IMG/VR virus record: IMGVR_UViG_3300045988_073620
Location: 1-64,000 of that record
Length of the DNA stretch: 64,000 nt
Strand: one strand, 5' to 3'
DNA from: a virus
Shown here: positions 60,436-64,000 of the stretch, piece by piece
How positions within the stretch are numbered: position 1 is the stretch's first letter
Layout of the letters: each line of letters begins with the position of its first letter
The notes under the pieces: generated by a model
Told to the model about the DNA's origin: nothing
What the model saw: only the letters and a program-made list of their open reading frames with translations
Databases searched by the model: none
Translations under genes and position numbers: made by a program

Positions 60436-61177
60436 TTTTCTTCATCTCCTCCAACATCTTCTCAGCTTCCTCACGGGTGAGGAATACGGTTTTACCGATT
60501 TCACTTATTGGAAAAGCTCCTGTTATTGATATTGAATGGGTATAGTTTTCGTAATAAAATATAATTTCATCTTCTATTCCTATACCTGGTTCTACATAGC
60601 TGTCACAATATCCATATGAAAATGCTTTTATTTCATACGATTCCGGATATCCAAAATCGTTATCCCACACCATATCTCCGACCTTACACGGCAATTTCAC
60701 GAGCAAGCCGTGTTCTTCTAGGTCTTTATATTCTTCCCATTTATTCGCTTCTTCGTAAGTCAAAATTCTTGCGTTTACGGGATGTTTCTTATCCGGTTCA
60801 GAAAGCTTCATTTCCAGAGCATCAATTACATCAGCAAGAGAAAATGCAGATTCTTCTCCAAATATTTTATGTAGATGTTCTTCTAAGTCTTTATAAGACT
60901 TTAACTCTTCCAACAGTTCTGCAACATCTTTCAACCAATACAATTCTCCATCTTCAAAACAACATCCATAAGTATTTTGATGATACGGGCAACCAACCGC
61001 TTCCTTCCCACTGATATAATCTCTTAAATCCTCGCCAGTTTCACAGACAATGCGTTTATGCTCGTCATCCTGCATATGCATGAAGTTTTCATGGTCTGCA
61101 TAGCAATCGCCTTCTGTATCCTGGCTGGCAACGCATTTAAGTGCCTTTATCATATCGTCAAGTGTTAATCTCTCCAT
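60428..61177 (-). CDS. hypothetical protein
   Basis: ORF track. Confidence 0.6.
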   Translation of the reverse strand: MERLTLDDMIKALKCVASQDTEGDCYADHENFMHMQDDEHKRIVCETGEDLRDYISGKEAVGCPYHQNTYGCCFEDGELYWLKDVAELLEELKSYKDLEEHLHKIFGEESAFSLADVIDALEMKLSEPDKKHPVNARILTYEEANKWEEYKDLEEHGLLVKLPCKVGDMVWDNDFGYPESYEIKAFSYGYCDSYVEPGIGIEDEIIFYYENYTHSISITGAFPISEIGKTVFLTREEAEKMLEEMKKNG

Positions 61178-61483
61178 CTACTTCACCTCTCTTGTGATTT
61201 CATTGATACAAGTATTATAACCACATGCATACTCTAATCCGTCCGTATTTCTCGCACCTCTTGGAATTATCATTTTCTCCGGCAATGGCTTCAACGGACA
61301 CCATTCAGGTCTTGATTTGCTTTCGCAATCATAATGTTCTTCTGTCATCAAAATTACATCATAATCTAAACAATCAGCTAATTCACAATAGCCAACATAT
61401 TCAAGTTCGCCGCAGTACGCAGTTCCGAACGGGCAATCATAACAATTCTCTGGTGTGTCAATCACCAATACTGATTTACTCAT
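61178..61483 (-). CDS. Cys-rich hypothetical protein
   Basis: ORF track. Confidence 0.6.
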   Translation of the reverse strand: MSKSVLVIDTPENCYDCPFGTAYCGELEYVGYCELADCLDYDVILMTEEHYDCESKSRPEWCPLKPLPEKMIIPRGARNTDGLEYACGYNTCINEITREVK

Positions 61484-61850
61484 TTTCTCCTACCTCTTTT
61501 CTGCAAGAACGCTCCATATTGTGCAGGGCTAATGATAGTATCTTTCTCTCGGGTAGCCAGACAATATCCGAGTCTTCCATTCTTTTTGTTTTCTTCTTTT
61601 GTAAACATAGTAGAAATGTCTTTGCCTTTACTCACCGCCTTCACTTCCTCTCAGCATCAGGCTCAGGCTGTTATACCCCGGACAAGTTCTGACCCCATTC
61701 CTGGTTCTCTTAACAGGACACAGTACGGATATAACGCCACGACCTCATAGACGTGCTCTGTGACATCCTCGCCACGCTGATCGATGTATTTGAAGCACTT
61801 TCCCGGTCTAAGGAAGTACCTTGCGCATACATACGCTTTTGTTCCGAATC

Positions 61851-62588
61851 TTACACTTGCACTACTCGTTTGTGTTCCTCCATTCCTAAATCAAATAATG
61901 TAATCTGTGATCTAAATTCTTCTAATCGTTTGCGAGCGTCATTGTAATAATCTTCATTAATTTCATACCCGATATATTCAAGCCCACATTCTTCATAGGC
62001 AATCAATGAGCTTGCGCTCCCCACATGGGTATCAAGAATCTTCATTCCTTTCTGCAGATATTTCTGACATATCCAACGATATAAATTTACAGGCTTTTGG
62101 GTTGGGTGGATTCGTTTTTCGTTCAGTTTTTTGTTGCCCTGCTGTATTGTTCCTTCAATTATTGATTTTCCTTGGAACATTCCTCTCCACATATAGCGAA
62201 AAATGTCAACCCTTCTTGTAAGACTGCAGTAAGCGACTTCTGCGTCTGATTGATCTGAACCATCGTTGCATTTATCCCAGATTATCAAGCCACCTGCCAT
62301 TGGGTAATCAAAGTAATTACATCCCCAGATAATCTGATTCTTTGATATTCTGAACAGCTGTTTAAAATACTCTCGATCTGGTGGTTTATTATCCCAACCA
62401 TAATTCTTATATCCACCATCAGGAACATAAATGGAACTTCCATTTTTCTGCTTTACATATTTACTACGATTCTTACCGCCGTGTTCTTTGATTCCGTATG
62501 GTGGGTCTACAACTGCCACATCGAAGTAATTATCTGGAAAGTTCGGGAGAAAATTCATGCAGTCACCGCAAATAAATTCTCTTTGCAT
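61851..62588 (-). CDS. DNA methyltransferase (N6-adenine or N4-cytosine; DPPY motif before the AdoMet motif)
   Basis: Contains ...VAVVDPPYGI... and ...ILDTHVGSASSLIAYEECGLEYIGYEIN.... Confidence 0.85.
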   Translation of the reverse strand: MQREFICGDCMNFLPNFPDNYFDVAVVDPPYGIKEHGGKNRSKYVKQKNGSSIYVPDGGYKNYGWDNKPPDREYFKQLFRISKNQIIWGCNYFDYPMAGGLIIWDKCNDGSDQSDAEVAYCSLTRRVDIFRYMWRGMFQGKSIIEGTIQQGNKKLNEKRIHPTQKPVNLYRWICQKYLQKGMKILDTHVGSASSLIAYEECGLEYIGYEINEDYYNDARKRLEEFRSQITLFDLGMEEHKRVVQV

Positions 62589-63019
62589 CAGTGTTCCTCC
62601 TGTAATAGTTCTTTATTGTCGAAAATGTTGCCAACTGCTTCATAATGTTCTAGATCAAACTTATTAAGATATTCTTTATCCGTGCTACCAGTTTCGTGTC
62701 CTACCCATCCAGCAACGCCCCATTCAACAGTTTCATATGTCGCATCCTCTGGGTAGGATTCGTCCAAGTGTGCCATCAAAATATCATTCTCCCAAATTTT
62801 CTTCCCATTCTTGTCGCAAAGCCCTGTGAACTGGCAGAGGGTTTCTGGAATAACCAATTTCATTCCGTCTGTTATCAAAAAGTTGATTGGCAATGTACTC
62901 GCTCCTTTATACGGTGGAACGATATAGCAATATCCGCTGTCAATATCCAAATCTATGAGGCTCCCTTCTATCCATTCTCCATTTTTGACTCTCTTTGCCT
63001 TAAAAAGAATTTCTCTCAT
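62588..63019 (-). CDS. YopX-like protein
   Basis: Contains MREILFKAKRVKNGEWIEG...QFTGLCDKNGKKIWENDIL.... Confidence 0.7.
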   Translation of the reverse strand: MREILFKAKRVKNGEWIEGSLIDLDIDSGYCYIVPPYKGASTLPINFLITDGMKLVIPETLCQFTGLCDKNGKKIWENDILMAHLDESYPEDATYETVEWGVAGWVGHETGSTDKEYLNKFDLEHYEAVGNIFDNKELLQEEH

Positions 63020-63267
63020 TCAACTCCACCACCTTCCATAATTTCAATGATCCTGTCTAATACTTTTCCTGCAATTTCATAAGCAATATCATGTTTTTTA
63101 TCTCTTTTTAATTGTTTTAATTGTGCCACAACATCTTCAATGTCAAAAGCTGTCGGCTGTTCATTGACGCAATCAATAAACTCTTTCTGGTCAGAACTAA
63201 TGCTTGTGCCAATTTCCCAAATTTTGATGTATTTGATTAATTCGTCTGCATCTATTAATCTACCCAT
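63016..63267 (-). CDS. hypothetical protein
   Basis: ORF track. Confidence 0.55.
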   Translation of the reverse strand: MGRLIDADELIKYIKIWEIGTSISSDQKEFIDCVNEQPTAFDIEDVVAQLKQLKRDKKHDIAYEIAGKVLDRIIEIMEGGGVE

Positions 63268-63415
63268 TCAATTTCCACCACCTTTCGCAATTTCAACTGT
63301 TTCATTCATCTGGATGGTGTTTGTCGTACATGATCGCTACGCATACAAGACCAGCCACTCCGAATATGGTTCCAAGGGTGAATCCTAATAAGAATGTAAT
63401 CATGTTTAGTCCTCC

Positions 63416-63790
63416 TTAATACAGTTCTGGAAGTGGTCTCCATGCAATAACTATATACATCTTTGTTCCACCGTGCCCGTCTGAATATTTATCCCATTCA
63501 AGATACCCATATTTCTTTTCGTTCCAGTATCCGGCATCACCAAATTTTAAATAATTTGCAATTCCATAAAGCTTTTCAGGTGTTCCATAGACTTTTTCAA
63601 GCGTTACAAGATACTCTTTTTCGTCTTCTGGCAATCCCTCACTGACTGGAATCCAGTTGGTAGCTTTTAAACACTCAATAACTTTCTTCTGCTCCTCTTC
63701 CGATTCACAGTGTATTACAACGTCATAGGTATCATCGTATGCACTAAATGTGCCATCTTCATTCTGAATAAGTTCCATTGTATCACTCAT
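63416..63790 (-). CDS. hypothetical protein (DUF551-like W-I-P-V-x-E-G-L-P motif)
   Basis: ORF track and the motif [13 protein letters not shown]. Confidence 0.55.
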   Translation of the reverse strand: MSDTMELIQNEDGTFSAYDDTYDVVIHCESEEEQKKVIECLKATNWIPVSEGLPEDEKEYLVTLEKVYGTPEKLYGIANYLKFGDAGYWNEKKYGYLEWDKYSDGHGGTKMYIVIAWRPLPELY

Positions 63791-63984
63791 GCTTCCACCT
63801 CCTCGTAAGTTTCTCTGAATATATCTGACTTACACGGATAAAATTCACCGTGAACACCGCAGATGATATAGTCACCAATGTTTGCAAGATGTTCGCCCTC
63901 AAGTGTCTTAATTACCAATCCACCCGGAACCTTCCATTTGTCGATATAGAAGTTATCAGATACAATCGGGAAATCAGATACCAT
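63787..63984 (-). CDS. hypothetical protein
   Basis: ORF track. Confidence 0.5.
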   Translation of the reverse strand: MVSDFPIVSDNFYIDKWKVPGGLVIKTLEGEHLANIGDYIICGVHGEFYPCKSDIFRETYEEVEA

Positions 63985-64000
63985 ATACTCCTCTGGACAA

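Larger units (their letters stand above)
1..64000 (-). mobile_element. temperate siphovirus-like phage / prophage genome segment
   Basis: Co-linear packaging, head, tail and lysis modules, a CI/Cro-type switch, an integrase with an att-like site and a replication module. No host housekeeping genes are seen. Confidence 0.9.

Noticed and set aside
1-64000. Genome-wide TGA or TAG recoding (alternative genetic code)
   Set aside because: Long ORFs (1905, 1057 and 583 aa) are intact under the standard code. TGA demonstrably terminates the tape measure and Tal-like genes. Only three isolated in-frame stops were found.

Overview
The window is one continuous segment of a temperate, siphovirus-type phage or prophage from a low-GC Firmicutes/Clostridia-like host. 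About 90% of genes are on the minus strand, and no host housekeeping genes are visible.

Map, read along the minus strand from high to low coordinates:
- 64000-57700: early and replication genes (YopX-like, DPPY DNA methyltransferase, replisome organizer, DnaC-like loader).
- 57700-56200: tyrosine integrase, next to an attP-like site made of a tRNA 3' fragment flanked by TGTTCCCT repeats.
- 56100-50300: accessory island with plus-strand genes. It has DUF4417, a six-gene operon, an RHH repressor hub, a GIY-YIG nuclease and GC-rich ORF-free RNA-like segments.
- 50255-46200: TerS-like gene, an RHH+HNH cassette and small genes.
- 45940-42700: an island of tRNAs and tRNA-like RNAs that encloses a DUF2828/vWA gene.
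- 42700-39900: small Cys-rich/Zn-ribbon genes and an SPFH gene.
- 39850-33344: TerL, portal, scaffold, decoration protein, major capsid and connector.
- 33250-28400: odd low-complexity/Cys-rich cargo with a second HNH gene.
- 28343-24637: fibre-like genes, including an SGNH-esterase fibre.
- 24636-22890: Xer-like tyrosine recombinase plus an RHH cassette.
- 22888-8169: head-tail genes, holin, major tail, G/GT chaperones with a TTTTTTA -1 frameshift, a 1905-aa tape measure, Dit-like, Tal-like and endolysin.
- 8041-5187 (plus strand): LytTR response regulator, secreted protein and CI-like repressor, divergent from a Cro-like gene.
- 5024-1: antirepressor and early small genes, ending in a DUF7666-like gene with 27-bp coding tandem repeats.

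Main leads:
1. The DUF2828/vWA gene (Ro60-like layout) sits among 3 canonical tRNAs and at least 5 non-canonical tRNA-like RNAs.
2. Three copies of a conserved promoter plus leader-terminator cassette lie in front of the late operons.
3. Three genes with a good RBS and ATG are interrupted early by a single in-frame stop (2 TGA, 1 TAG).
4. A possible -1 frameshift extension follows the capsid gene.
5. A second recombinase sits inside the tail module.
6. Several structured ncRNA candidates are present.

All functional calls come from motif recognition by eye. No database search was run.
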